A stretch of DNA of 64,000 nt from Myxococcales bacterium (lineage in GTDB: Bacteria > Myxococcota_A > Polyangia > Polyangiales > DASUME01), in the NCBI GenBank assembly GCA_047601445.1, contig JASGJH010000001.1:3392001-3456000 (forward strand), written 5' to 3'. Position 1 is the stretch's first letter. Every line of letters begins with the position of its first letter. Shown here in pieces: positions 56,075 to 64,000 of this stretch. The translations under genes and the position numbers were made by a program. Below the pieces are notes generated by a model. It was not told the DNA's origin. It was given only the letters and a program-made list of their open reading frames with translations, and did not search any database.

Positions 56075-57985
56075 TTAGCTCCGTCGGCCATCCGACAACG
56101 CGGCTGCGCTGTCGAGGCGGGAGGCGCGCTGGCGTGCGCGCTCGAGGGCCCCGTAGACCTTGTTGAGTAGCTCGTCGGTGGTGAATGGCTTGCGCAAGAG
56201 CTCCACATGCTCGCGCAACACACCGCGCGGAGCCAGCACCTCGTCGGCGTGGCCCGTCATGAACACGGGGACCGCGGAGGGAAACTGCCTGCTCACCACA
56301 CGCTGCACCTCGTTGCCGTCCATGTCGGGGAGCATGACGTCGGTGAGCACGAGGTCGATGGGCGGCAGCTCGTGAGAGAGGAGCTCCAGGAGCTCGACCT
56401 GCGACCCCGCCGAACAAACCTGGTAGCCGTACTGCTCGAGTAACTCCACCGTCAGGCGCAACACGGCCTCGTCGTCGTCCACCACCAGAATGCGCTCCTC
56501 GCCGTGGAGGTCGCGGTCCACCGGGCGGGTCGAGCGCGGACGCAGCTCGCTCACTTTGTCCGTGGCCGGAAAGAACAGCTGCACGGTGGTGCCCCGACCC
56601 AGCGCGCTCTTGAGCGAGATGCGACCGCCGTGCTGCTCCACGATGCCGTGTACGATCGAGAGTCCGAGGCCGGTACCCTTGCCGCGAGCCTTGGTGGAAA
56701 AGAAGGGATTGAAGGCGCGCTCGACCACGCTGCTGCTCATGCCGGCGCCCGTGTCGCGCACCGTGACGAACACGCCGGGCACGGCGTTGCGCTCGAGTTC
56801 CGAGCGGGTGATTTCGAAACTCAGACTGCCCCCGTTCGGCATGGCGTCGCGCGCGTTGGCAGCCAGGTTCATCCATACCTGTTCGAGTTGGGCCCGGTCG
56901 GCCTCGATGTGCGGCACTTCGGAGTCGCACCAGATCTCGAGGCGGATGTTCTCTGGCAACAAGCGGCGCAAGAGTGGCTCGAGTTGCAAGAGGCTCTGGC
57001 CCAGGTCGATTGGCCGCACTTCCAGCACTTGCTTGCGTGCGAAGGCCAAGAGGTGACGCGTCAGGGCCGCGGCGCGCTCGGCAGCGCTCACCAAATGATC
57101 CATGTACGTGCGCTGACGCGAGCCCGGCTCGGCCAAGGTCTGCGCCAGCTGCGCGTAGCCGATTACCGGTGTCAGCATGTTGTTGAGGTCATGGGCCACG
57201 CCGCCCGCGAGCTTGCCCACCGACTCCAGGCGCTCGGCGTGCGCCAGGCGCACCTTCCCCTCGGCCAAAGCTTGCTTCGACATCGCCGCCGACAGCAGCT
57301 CGTTCGAGAGCGCGTATCCGCCCAACACCAAGATCGCGGTCCACGAGTACTCGACCAAGTAGAGCGACTCGATGACCCCCTCGCTGATGAGGGCATCGTT
57401 GAAGGCGCCGACGGCGAACACCACGATGGCCCAGGTGATGTTGCGCGAGCGGCGTCGGTCCCCGGCGCGGCGCACCTGAATGGCGACCCACAGGGCGTAG
57501 ACCGTGACGTAAACCATGCCGAGTGCCAGCACGTCGTAGAGGGGCCCCATCTTCGCTTCGTAGTAGGTCACGTGTCCGAAGACGGGCAGATCGAAGTTCT
57601 TGATGGCGGGCTCGGGGCGGAACATCCAGCCATCCCGCTCGACCAGGGTGATCAGCGCCAGCAGTGGGAAGGCCCAGGCCAGGCGGCGCGCGACCTTCGG
57701 CCCCGGATGCTCCGCATAGGCTTCGACGAAGTAGAGGAAGCTCAGCCCCGCGCTCGAGATGATCGTCATCTGCGCGCGCTGCCAGAACATACCCTGCTCC
57801 ACGCTCGTGCTGATGTAGAGCCCCATGCTGGCCATGTCGTACAGGGCGATCAACACGGCCGTAATGCCGAAATGGAGATCGGCACGCAGGCGCGCACTGC
57901 TCCTGAGGTACAGCAGCAGATGAAAGACGCCAGCGTGCAGGGTGATTCCGGAGAGCACTGCGACTGGCAGTGCCGTGGCAGTCAT
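56075..57985 (-). CDS. Hybrid sensor kinase (multi-TM input, HisKA, HATPase, receiver)
   Basis: About 7 TMs; AHDLNNML, NARDAM, DTGAG, FSTK, GTGLGL; receiver VVDD…TDVMLP…KPF. Confidence 0.92.
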   Translation of the reverse strand: MTATALPVAVLSGITLHAGVFHLLLYLRSSARLRADLHFGITAVLIALYDMASMGLYISTSVEQGMFWQRAQMTIISSAGLSFLYFVEAYAEHPGPKVARRLAWAFPLLALITLVERDGWMFRPEPAIKNFDLPVFGHVTYYEAKMGPLYDVLALGMVYVTVYALWVAIQVRRAGDRRRSRNITWAIVVFAVGAFNDALISEGVIESLYLVEYSWTAILVLGGYALSNELLSAAMSKQALAEGKVRLAHAERLESVGKLAGGVAHDLNNMLTPVIGYAQLAQTLAEPGSRQRTYMDHLVSAAERAAALTRHLLAFARKQVLEVRPIDLGQSLLQLEPLLRRLLPENIRLEIWCDSEVPHIEADRAQLEQVWMNLAANARDAMPNGGSLSFEITRSELERNAVPGVFVTVRDTGAGMSSSVVERAFNPFFSTKARGKGTGLGLSIVHGIVEQHGGRISLKSALGRGTTVQLFFPATDKVSELRPRSTRPVDRDLHGEERILVVDDDEAVLRLTVELLEQYGYQVCSAGSQVELLELLSHELPPIDLVLTDVMLPDMDGNEVQRVVSRQFPSAVPVFMTGHADEVLAPRGVLREHVELLRKPFTTDELLNKVYGALERARQRASRLDSAAALSDGRRS

Positions 57986-58058
57986 GACCCCCACTCGGGG
58001 CATCCTATCCGATCGCCCGCGGCCGGCAAACACGCTGTTTTGGATGATGAGGCGGGGT

Positions 58059-58652
58059 TCACCAGCGAATCACGTGGCGCCCCCGGAAGGGCCCGCGCAG
58101 CTCGGCGTCGACCTGGGCGGGGAGCTCGATGGCTTCGAAGGTCCCGCGGGCGGCGCCCAGCAGGTACGACTCGATGTAGTTGAACTCGTCGGAGAACTCC
58201 ATGCAGGCGGTGCGCTCGTCCGGGAAGCTCAGCGTCCAGGTCGCATGGTTGCTGCCCTGGCGGTGCCCGATGATCGCCTGGCGGAGCAGGTCCCTGGGCT
58301 CCCGCGAGAGCACGCGCACCAGGAGCTTGCCGAGCACGCTCTCGGCGAACACGCGCGCGTTGACGCGTCCGATCTCCAGCATGCCCTCGTGGACCCGCGA
58401 AGGCTCCGTGAGCAAAGCGGCTCCCACCACCAGCTGCTCGAGGAACTCGCTGTTGGGGTACCAAAGTACTGTGGCGCGACGCGTGGGAAACAGGTCGCGA
58501 TAGCGGTCGAGCAGGCCGGCGCGCTCCAGCACGACCTCGATGCTGCGGAAGTACACCCCGCGCATCCTGGCGGTGGCGGGCAGCAGCTCGAGCCGCGCCT
58601 GCAAGTGGCAGTAGGCGTCGACTTCGGTCAGCAGTCTCGAGACCTCGCTCAT
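58059..58652 (-). CDS. DUF2378 / TIGR02265-like myxobacterial protein
   Basis: MRGVYF, WYPNSEF and FAESVLGKL pattern. Confidence 0.75.
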   Translation of the reverse strand: MSEVSRLLTEVDAYCHLQARLELLPATARMRGVYFRSIEVVLERAGLLDRYRDLFPTRRATVLWYPNSEFLEQLVVGAALLTEPSRVHEGMLEIGRVNARVFAESVLGKLLVRVLSREPRDLLRQAIIGHRQGSNHATWTLSFPDERTACMEFSDEFNYIESYLLGAARGTFEAIELPAQVDAELRGPFRGRHVIRW

Positions 58653-58745
58653 GCGGGTATCCTACCCGAGCATGCGCGCGCGGATTGAATCCCTCACCCT
58701 AATGAGAACGATACTGCGCGCTCCACGTGCGTTTTCCCACGCGGT

Positions 58746-60374
58746 TCATTCCGCGCGCGCGGAGCGAGAAGGAAGCTCGAATCGAAGCCCCGCAGCCAGG
58801 CCCGGAAAGGCCTCGATGCGTGGATTGTCGTGACTAAGCACGACGCGTCCGAAGGGCGCCTGTGAGCGTTCCTGGGAATCGCTGCTGAAGTAAAACTGGT
58901 AGCTCGGCGCCACCATCAAGCCGAGCCCGGGCGTGACGATGAAGGTGAAGGGCACGCGAATTCCCTGCTGGAAAGTGGGTTCGCGCGCGCCGTCCCGATA
59001 GATGTATTCGGAGATGGCATCGACATCGAGGCGGAAGAACCGATACTCCACCGCACGCACGCCGATGCCGAGCGCGGTCACGAAGCGCTGGCCCGCGGAG
59101 CCCGTGCGCACGCCGACGTAGTAGAAGTTATGCACGAGCTCTCCGCCGTGCATGGCGCCGACCAGGATGCTGCCACTCTCGCTGGGGCCCCAGAGATCGA
59201 GATCGGTGCGTCCGTTCTTCACGATGCTCACGATGCCGATGGGGGCGCGATTCTTCTCGGCGTAGTTGAAGAGCCCGAGCTGCAGGCCGTGGGCTTCCTT
59301 GCCGACGATGTTGCCGAGTCCGATCTGCACACCGTGCATGCTGCCCAGCGCGACATTGCCCAGGCTCGCCTGGACGCCCTTCAGGTTGCCGCCCGAGATA
59401 TTGCCCATGCCGCCCTGGAAGCCGCTCACGTCGGAAGTGGCGAAGTTGAGTAGTCCCCCCGAGTAACCGGTGAAGGTTCCGACGTTGAAATTGAGCAAGC
59501 CCGCGCTGGCCCCCGAGCGGTTGTGGAACACCAGGTTGACCAGGCCCACGGTTGCGCCAGCTTGCGCGCCACGAACAACATTGACTAGGCCCGCCAGCAC
59601 ACCGCCCGACGAACGTCCCACCACGTTGACCAATGAAACAAGCACGCCTTGCTGGGAGCCGTACACCGCATTCACGGCGCCGCCAACTTGCACGCCGCAC
59701 ATGAACTCTTGCTGCATGTTGACGAGACCCGAGATCGAGAGGCCTCTCACGCCACGCGAATAACTGCCGAACGCGCCGAAGGAGAGCGCCCGCACCGCCC
59801 GCCGACCGCCCGGCGCAGAGGAGAAGCCGACGTAGGGCAAGAAATCGATGCCCACCGGGATGGTGGCGCGCGGCAGGCAGGCGTTGAAGACCGTCAGCGG
59901 ATCGCGCGCGAGGGGCTCGGGCTCCGCGCTGGCCAGCCGGACCGGCGGGGGTTTCTCGGTGTCGCGCGGTGCAAGGTCGAGCTCCGAGAGCAAGCCTGCG
60001 GCCTCGTTGCGCAGCATGTTCGAGGCCAGGAAGGTCACCGTCTCGATGCCTTCGAGATCGTGGTCGAGCAGCGGAGCGTCGCGCTCTACGCGGAGGCCGT
60101 CGCCACCCTCGAGGACAATGCGCACGCCGTCGGCCCCCAGGGCCTCCACGCGCAGCATGGGTTGATCGGGCGCTGGCTGCGCCAAGCTCGTAAAGCCGAA
60201 ACCGAGCTCAGCCTCGAGCGAGACGCGCAGCGCCTCGGGCGAGAGCACCGCGGGGTCCACATACAAGCCGAGGGCTGAACCGGATTGTGCGCGGGCTCGC
60301 ATCCAAGGAGCGAGACCGAGAACCATCAAGGCCGTCAGCAACAGCCAGGCGCGAACAGGGGCTGAGTTCGACAT
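58746..60374 (-). CDS. Exported protein with GxQxGxxN (LA_2272-like) repeats and a barrel-like C-terminus
   Basis: Signal peptide; about 10 repeats such as GVQVGGAVN, GVQIGLGN and GLQLGLFN. Confidence 0.7.
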   Translation of the reverse strand: MSNSAPVRAWLLLTALMVLGLAPWMRARAQSGSALGLYVDPAVLSPEALRVSLEAELGFGFTSLAQPAPDQPMLRVEALGADGVRIVLEGGDGLRVERDAPLLDHDLEGIETVTFLASNMLRNEAAGLLSELDLAPRDTEKPPPVRLASAEPEPLARDPLTVFNACLPRATIPVGIDFLPYVGFSSAPGGRRAVRALSFGAFGSYSRGVRGLSISGLVNMQQEFMCGVQVGGAVNAVYGSQQGVLVSLVNVVGRSSGGVLAGLVNVVRGAQAGATVGLVNLVFHNRSGASAGLLNFNVGTFTGYSGGLLNFATSDVSGFQGGMGNISGGNLKGVQASLGNVALGSMHGVQIGLGNIVGKEAHGLQLGLFNYAEKNRAPIGIVSIVKNGRTDLDLWGPSESGSILVGAMHGGELVHNFYYVGVRTGSAGQRFVTALGIGVRAVEYRFFRLDVDAISEYIYRDGAREPTFQQGIRVPFTFIVTPGLGLMVAPSYQFYFSSDSQERSQAPFGRVVLSHDNPRIEAFPGLAAGLRFELPSRSARAE

Positions 60375-61223
60375 TCAGGGCTTCTTGCCGAGGACGTCGA
60401 GCAGGGCTCGCGCTTCGTCGCGACGATAGCCGCCCTTGACCTGCCCCTCTGCGAACGGGCGCAGCGCGCTCGTGGCTTCGGCCTTGCGGCCCAGACGCAC
60501 CAGGCAGATGGCGCGGTTGTAGGCGGCGTCGATGGCGAAGATGCCGTTGGGGAAGCTCTTCGAGTAGCGCTCCCAGAGCGTGAGCGCGGTGGCGTAGTCG
60601 CGCGCCGTGAAGTGCGCGCGGTGGGCTTCGCGGTAGAGCGCGAGATCCGCGCTCGGCGGCCGTGGTGCAGGCGACGCGGGCTCGGCACTGGGCTCGGCGG
60701 GCGCGGGGTCGGCACTGGGCGCTTCGCTGACGGTGGGCACCCGGCTCGGAGCTTCCTGCACCACGCGCGGCTTCTCACGCGAACGCGCGGGACGCTCGGA
60801 AGGCACGCTGGGTACGGAGGCCACGGATTGGGCCGGCTCCGACGCTTCGGGCGTGGGCGCGACGATCGGCTCGGGCGGCGCGACCGGTTGGGGCTCGGGC
60901 GCTGGCACGGCCAACACTTCGGGCTTGGACTGTGGCTTGCGCGCGCGCTTCTCGGCCGGGGCCTCGGGCGCTTGCGTTTCCGCGAGCCACGTCTGAACGG
61001 CGCGCACGGCGCGTTCGATGCCGCCGTTGGTGGCCGCGAAGGCGGAGCCGGCCACGAAGGCAGCGGCCAGCGGTAGCACCCAGCGCAGGGCGCTCGCGCG
61101 GCGCGCGCGCTTGGTGCTGGAGCTCGCCATCAGACGCGCGCGGGTCTCAGCCAAGTCGTCGTCGGACGGCAGGCTCTCCTCACGCAGCGCGCGCGTGGCG
61201 CGTTGGAGCAGGTCGTCATTCAT
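60375..61223 (-). CDS. Putative anti-sigma factor (TM + Pro-rich linker + TPR-like C-terminus)
   Basis: ATGA overlap with the ECF sigma stop; single TM; YREAH…YSKSFPNG…AICLVRLG. Confidence 0.7.
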   Translation of the reverse strand: MNDDLLQRATRALREESLPSDDDLAETRARLMASSSTKRARRASALRWVLPLAAAFVAGSAFAATNGGIERAVRAVQTWLAETQAPEAPAEKRARKPQSKPEVLAVPAPEPQPVAPPEPIVAPTPEASEPAQSVASVPSVPSERPARSREKPRVVQEAPSRVPTVSEAPSADPAPAEPSAEPASPAPRPPSADLALYREAHRAHFTARDYATALTLWERYSKSFPNGIFAIDAAYNRAICLVRLGRKAEATSALRPFAEGQVKGGYRRDEARALLDVLGKKP

Positions 61224-61840
61224 CGCACGCCCCTCCTTTCCAGTTCCTCGCGCAGCTTCTTCTTCGCGTGGAAGAGTCGCGTACGCATCGTGGCCTCGGG
61301 GGCCCCCACGATCTCGCCGGCCTCGCGCGACGTGCGCTCCTCGACCTCGCACAGCACGAAGGCCACGCGCTGATCGAGCGGTAAGGCGTCGAGCGCAGAG
61401 CTCAGGGCCTGCGCCAGGCGCTCTCGGTTGAGGTGGTGTTCGGGAGTGCCAGCTGCCGAGGGCTCGGGTTCACGCGCCAGTCGCTCACCCGCCGCGCGCC
61501 GCCGCGCGGCCGAGCGCACGTGGTGCCGCGCGTGATTGACGGCGATGGAGATCAAGAAGGTCCGCAACGATGCGTTGCCCTCGAAGCGCTGAATCGCCGT
61601 GGGCACCGTCATGAACACTTCGTGCACCAAGTCCTTGGCCGCGTCCGCGTCGCCGACGAGTCGTCGTGCGAAAGCGAGCAACGCCGCAGCATGCTGATCA
61701 TACAGCTCGCCGAGAGCCGCAGCGTCGCCTTCCTGCAGGCGCTCGACGAGCATGCCCTGGGCCGCGACACGGCTGGTATCGGCGACCACCCTCACGGGCG
61801 CGACCATAGCACTGCTGGGCTCGAGGCTCATGACGTCCAT
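61220..61840 (-). CDS. ECF sigma factor
   Basis: GDAAALGELYDQH, DLVHEVF, LPLDQRVAFVL and ATMRTRLFHAK. Confidence 0.92.
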   Translation of the reverse strand: MDVMSLEPSSAMVAPVRVVADTSRVAAQGMLVERLQEGDAAALGELYDQHAAALLAFARRLVGDADAAKDLVHEVFMTVPTAIQRFEGNASLRTFLISIAVNHARHHVRSAARRRAAGERLAREPEPSAAGTPEHHLNRERLAQALSSALDALPLDQRVAFVLCEVEERTSREAGEIVGAPEATMRTRLFHAKKKLREELERRGVR

Positions 61841-61894
61841 GATTGGTGCCCGCTCCGTTCGGGAGTGTTCAACCGAATTGGTAAGTGCCCGGGA

Positions 61895-62722
61895 TTACCG
61901 CGAAAACTTGACCGTGATCGGGGCTACGGCGACCACCGCCCGCCCGCTCGTATCGAGGGCCGGTTCGAAGCGCGCGGCCAGCAAGCAGGCGCGCGCAGCG
62001 GGGCCGAAGCCCTGGGACAGCGGGCGCTCGGCGAGCACCGAAACGGCCCTCACCGAGCCGTCGGCGGCCACCGTCACGCGCACGGCCGCGTCGCCGCGAT
62101 CGCTCTGGGCTCGCTCCGGGAAAAAGCCGCGACAAGGATCGAACATGGTCAGCTTCGGGGCTCGCCCCAGCTCGCCGCGAAAGGGCGCGTTGGGGTCCAC
62201 CACGGGCGCAGCTACCGGCGCAGGCTTGGCGGTGCTAGCACCGAGCCCTTCCTTGGCGGTCCCGCCGCGCGCGACCACACCGTATCCGAAGGCACTTCCG
62301 TTGGGGTCGGTCACGAAGCGCACGGGCTCCTGGCTGTCGGGCGTTTCTTCCGGGGCCGTGAGCAGCGGAGCGGCGCTCGCCGCCTTGGGCTCCTCTTTGG
62401 GTGCGCTCGGCGCGCGCGCGCGCACTGGCCTCGGTTCGGGTGCCACGGGCTTGGGCTCTTCGAGCTTGGGTGGAGGCTCAGGGGCCGGAGGTGGCGGTGG
62501 CGCGGGCGGCAACAGCGAAACCTCGGTGACCACCATGGGTCCCTGCTTCGGGGACACCTCAGCGTGGAGCGCGAGCCACGCGAGGCCGGCGTGACACAGC
62601 ACGGCCACCACGACCGATCCGCCGTGGCGCAGCTTGGTCGCAGCGCGCTCTCGAGCATGCGAGCGAAGCGTGGAAGCCGCCTCGGGCACCTGATCGTGTG
62701 TCAAACCCAGGGGGGTGCTCAC
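61895..62722 (-). CDS. tonB: TonB-family energy transducer
   Basis: TM with SxxxAVLCH, Pro-rich linker and TonB_C (FPERA…VTVAADGSV…FEPA). Confidence 0.8.
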   Translation of the reverse strand: MSTPLGLTHDQVPEAASTLRSHARERAATKLRHGGSVVVAVLCHAGLAWLALHAEVSPKQGPMVVTEVSLLPPAPPPPPAPEPPPKLEEPKPVAPEPRPVRARAPSAPKEEPKAASAAPLLTAPEETPDSQEPVRFVTDPNGSAFGYGVVARGGTAKEGLGASTAKPAPVAAPVVDPNAPFRGELGRAPKLTMFDPCRGFFPERAQSDRGDAAVRVTVAADGSVRAVSVLAERPLSQGFGPAARACLLAARFEPALDTSGRAVVAVAPITVKFSR

Positions 62723-63126
62723 GGCTGCTTCTCCGCGCCAAAGGCCACCTTGGTGATGCCCACACCGCGCAGCAGGTCGAGCACGTGCATGACCTGTCCG
62801 TGCTCCACCTTGGAAGAAGCGGACAGCACCGCGCGTAGATCCGGAGTGCGCGCGAGCTCGCTGGCCGCCAACCCACGCAGCTGCACGTCCTGCGTGATCA
62901 CCTGGTCGTTGGCGCGCAGCGTGCCGCTCGCATCGATGGTGACCGTGAACATGGTCTGCGTCTCACCGGCGCTGGCGGCCTTGGGAAGATCGAGCGGCAT
63001 GGCCTGGGAGACCACGAGCTTGGCGGTGACCATGAAGATGATCAGCAGCACCAGCGTGATATCGACCAGGGGCGTCACGTTGATGCCCGTAATGTCTTCG
63101 CCTTGATCGGAGGAAGAGGCAGCCAT
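62719..63126 (-). CDS. exbD: ExbD/TolR biopolymer transport protein
   Basis: INVTPLVDITLVLLIIFMVT and LDLPKA. Confidence 0.92.
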   Translation of the reverse strand: MAASSSDQGEDITGINVTPLVDITLVLLIIFMVTAKLVVSQAMPLDLPKAASAGETQTMFTVTIDASGTLRANDQVITQDVQLRGLAASELARTPDLRAVLSASSKVEHGQVMHVLDLLRGVGITKVAFGAEKQP

Positions 63127-63129
63127 GGT

Positions 63130-63844
63130 TCAAGCTCCTTCGCGTGCCACGGAGAACAGACGCAGATCGTGGCCAGACGTGCCCTCCAGGCGGAACACCG
63201 GGGCCTGGTTCGTGTTGGCCTCGAGGTGCACCAAGAGCACGTGCGAGAGCGCGTCCGTGTTGGCGCCGATGCCGCGAATTTTGCGCTGAAAAGCGTTGTA
63301 AGCGGCGACCGCGGGGATGGCCACCAAGAGGCCGATGGCGGTGGCCACGAGGGCCTCTGCGATGCTGTCCATGACGGCGGTGGTGGCCGCCGCGGTGGCG
63401 CCCACGTGACTCGAATTCTTCGAAGGCCAGGATGATGCCCACCACGGTGCCGAACAGCCCCACGAAGGGCGCGTTGTTGCCGAGCGTGCCGAGGAAGCCA
63501 AGCCGTCGATCGAGGCGCGTGCGCTGCACCGCAACGGCGCCGGCCATGGCCTCGCGAGCCGCGTTCACGCCGCGCGCTCCTTCGTCGAGTCCGGCCAGCA
63601 CCACCTGCGCTTCACTGCTGTGCGAAGCCAGGAGCACACCGCGTGCACTCGGCAGGTCGTCGGCGCGCAGATGTCGGGTGAAGTCGCGGGCGAGTAGCTC
63701 GAAGTTTCCCGAGATGGAGAGGAAGAACCAGGCTCGTTCCACGATGATCGTGAAGCTCACGAGCGAGAGCCCGATCAAGAGCCACATCACGGGCGCGGCG
63801 CCCAGGTTCAACATCAAGAGTTTGGTTTGAGTGACGATGTCCAT
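63130..63844 (-). pseudogene. exbB: ExbB/TolQ/MotA proton channel with a +1 frameshift near 63413 (may be a sequencing error)
   Basis: The first frame gives …LGTLGNNAPFVGLFGTVVGIILAF; the last TM (IAEALVATAIGLLVAIPAVAAYN) lies in the next frame (63130..63534). Confidence 0.85.
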
Positions 63845-63852
63845 GGCGCTGT

Positions 63853-63928
63853 GTGCCCAACGCTAGGCCGAGCGTTCAAATAAAAATCGGCTCCGATTCC
63901 TTTGAACGTCCTCACCGTTGGCGGGCAC
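63853..63928. promoter_or_regulatory. Long nested inverted repeat immediately upstream of exbB
   Basis: GTGCCCAACG…CGTTCAAA…AATCGG-CT-CCGATT…TTTGAACG…CGTTGGCGGGCAC. Confidence 0.55.
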
Positions 63929-64000
63929 TAGAGCGCGTCATGTCGAATTCAACCCTCGTTCGCCCGCCCTCGCGGGTGAAGCGGCGCTCTCTTGCCCGCG

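Noticed and set aside
63845..64000. Cobalamin riboswitch upstream of exbB
   Set aside because: Only a weak resemblance (TGCCCGCCAACGGTGA on the minus strand); the GCCACTG/GGGAAG core and B12 box are not visible

Overview
High-GC, gene-dense chromosomal segment. Its gene content (Ser/Thr kinase with TPR/PEGA partner, DUF2378, Cys-rich lipoproteins, ECF/TPR anti-sigma cassette, sterol methyltransferase homologue) suggests a myxobacterium, probably Polyangiales-like; this is an inference. About 59 CDS, mostly housekeeping or signalling (add, tatD, tcdA, gcvPB, ccmC, rarA, alr, two amt, nadE, rseP, exbB/exbD/tonB). No rRNA, tRNA, CRISPR-Cas, integrase or transposase was recognised. Highlights: (1) a single 1292-aa ORF fusing a complete type IA topoisomerase III to a RecQ helicase and HRDC domain; (2) a eukaryote-type sterol 24-C-methyltransferase; (3) a two-part palindromic repeat element found at three sites and tandemly amplified (4x42 bp + ~5x41 bp) upstream of nadE; (4) a QueA paralogue with altered motifs, in an operon with an SDR and facing an XRE-cupin regulator; (5) two frameshifts that can both be repaired by deleting the G directly after a GANTC site; (6) a GNAT-deacetylase fusion, a probably exported Fam20/four-jointed-like kinase, a motif-permuted DHH protein and an Rsm22/METTL17-like methyltransferase. 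All family calls come from recognising motifs by eye; no database search was run.
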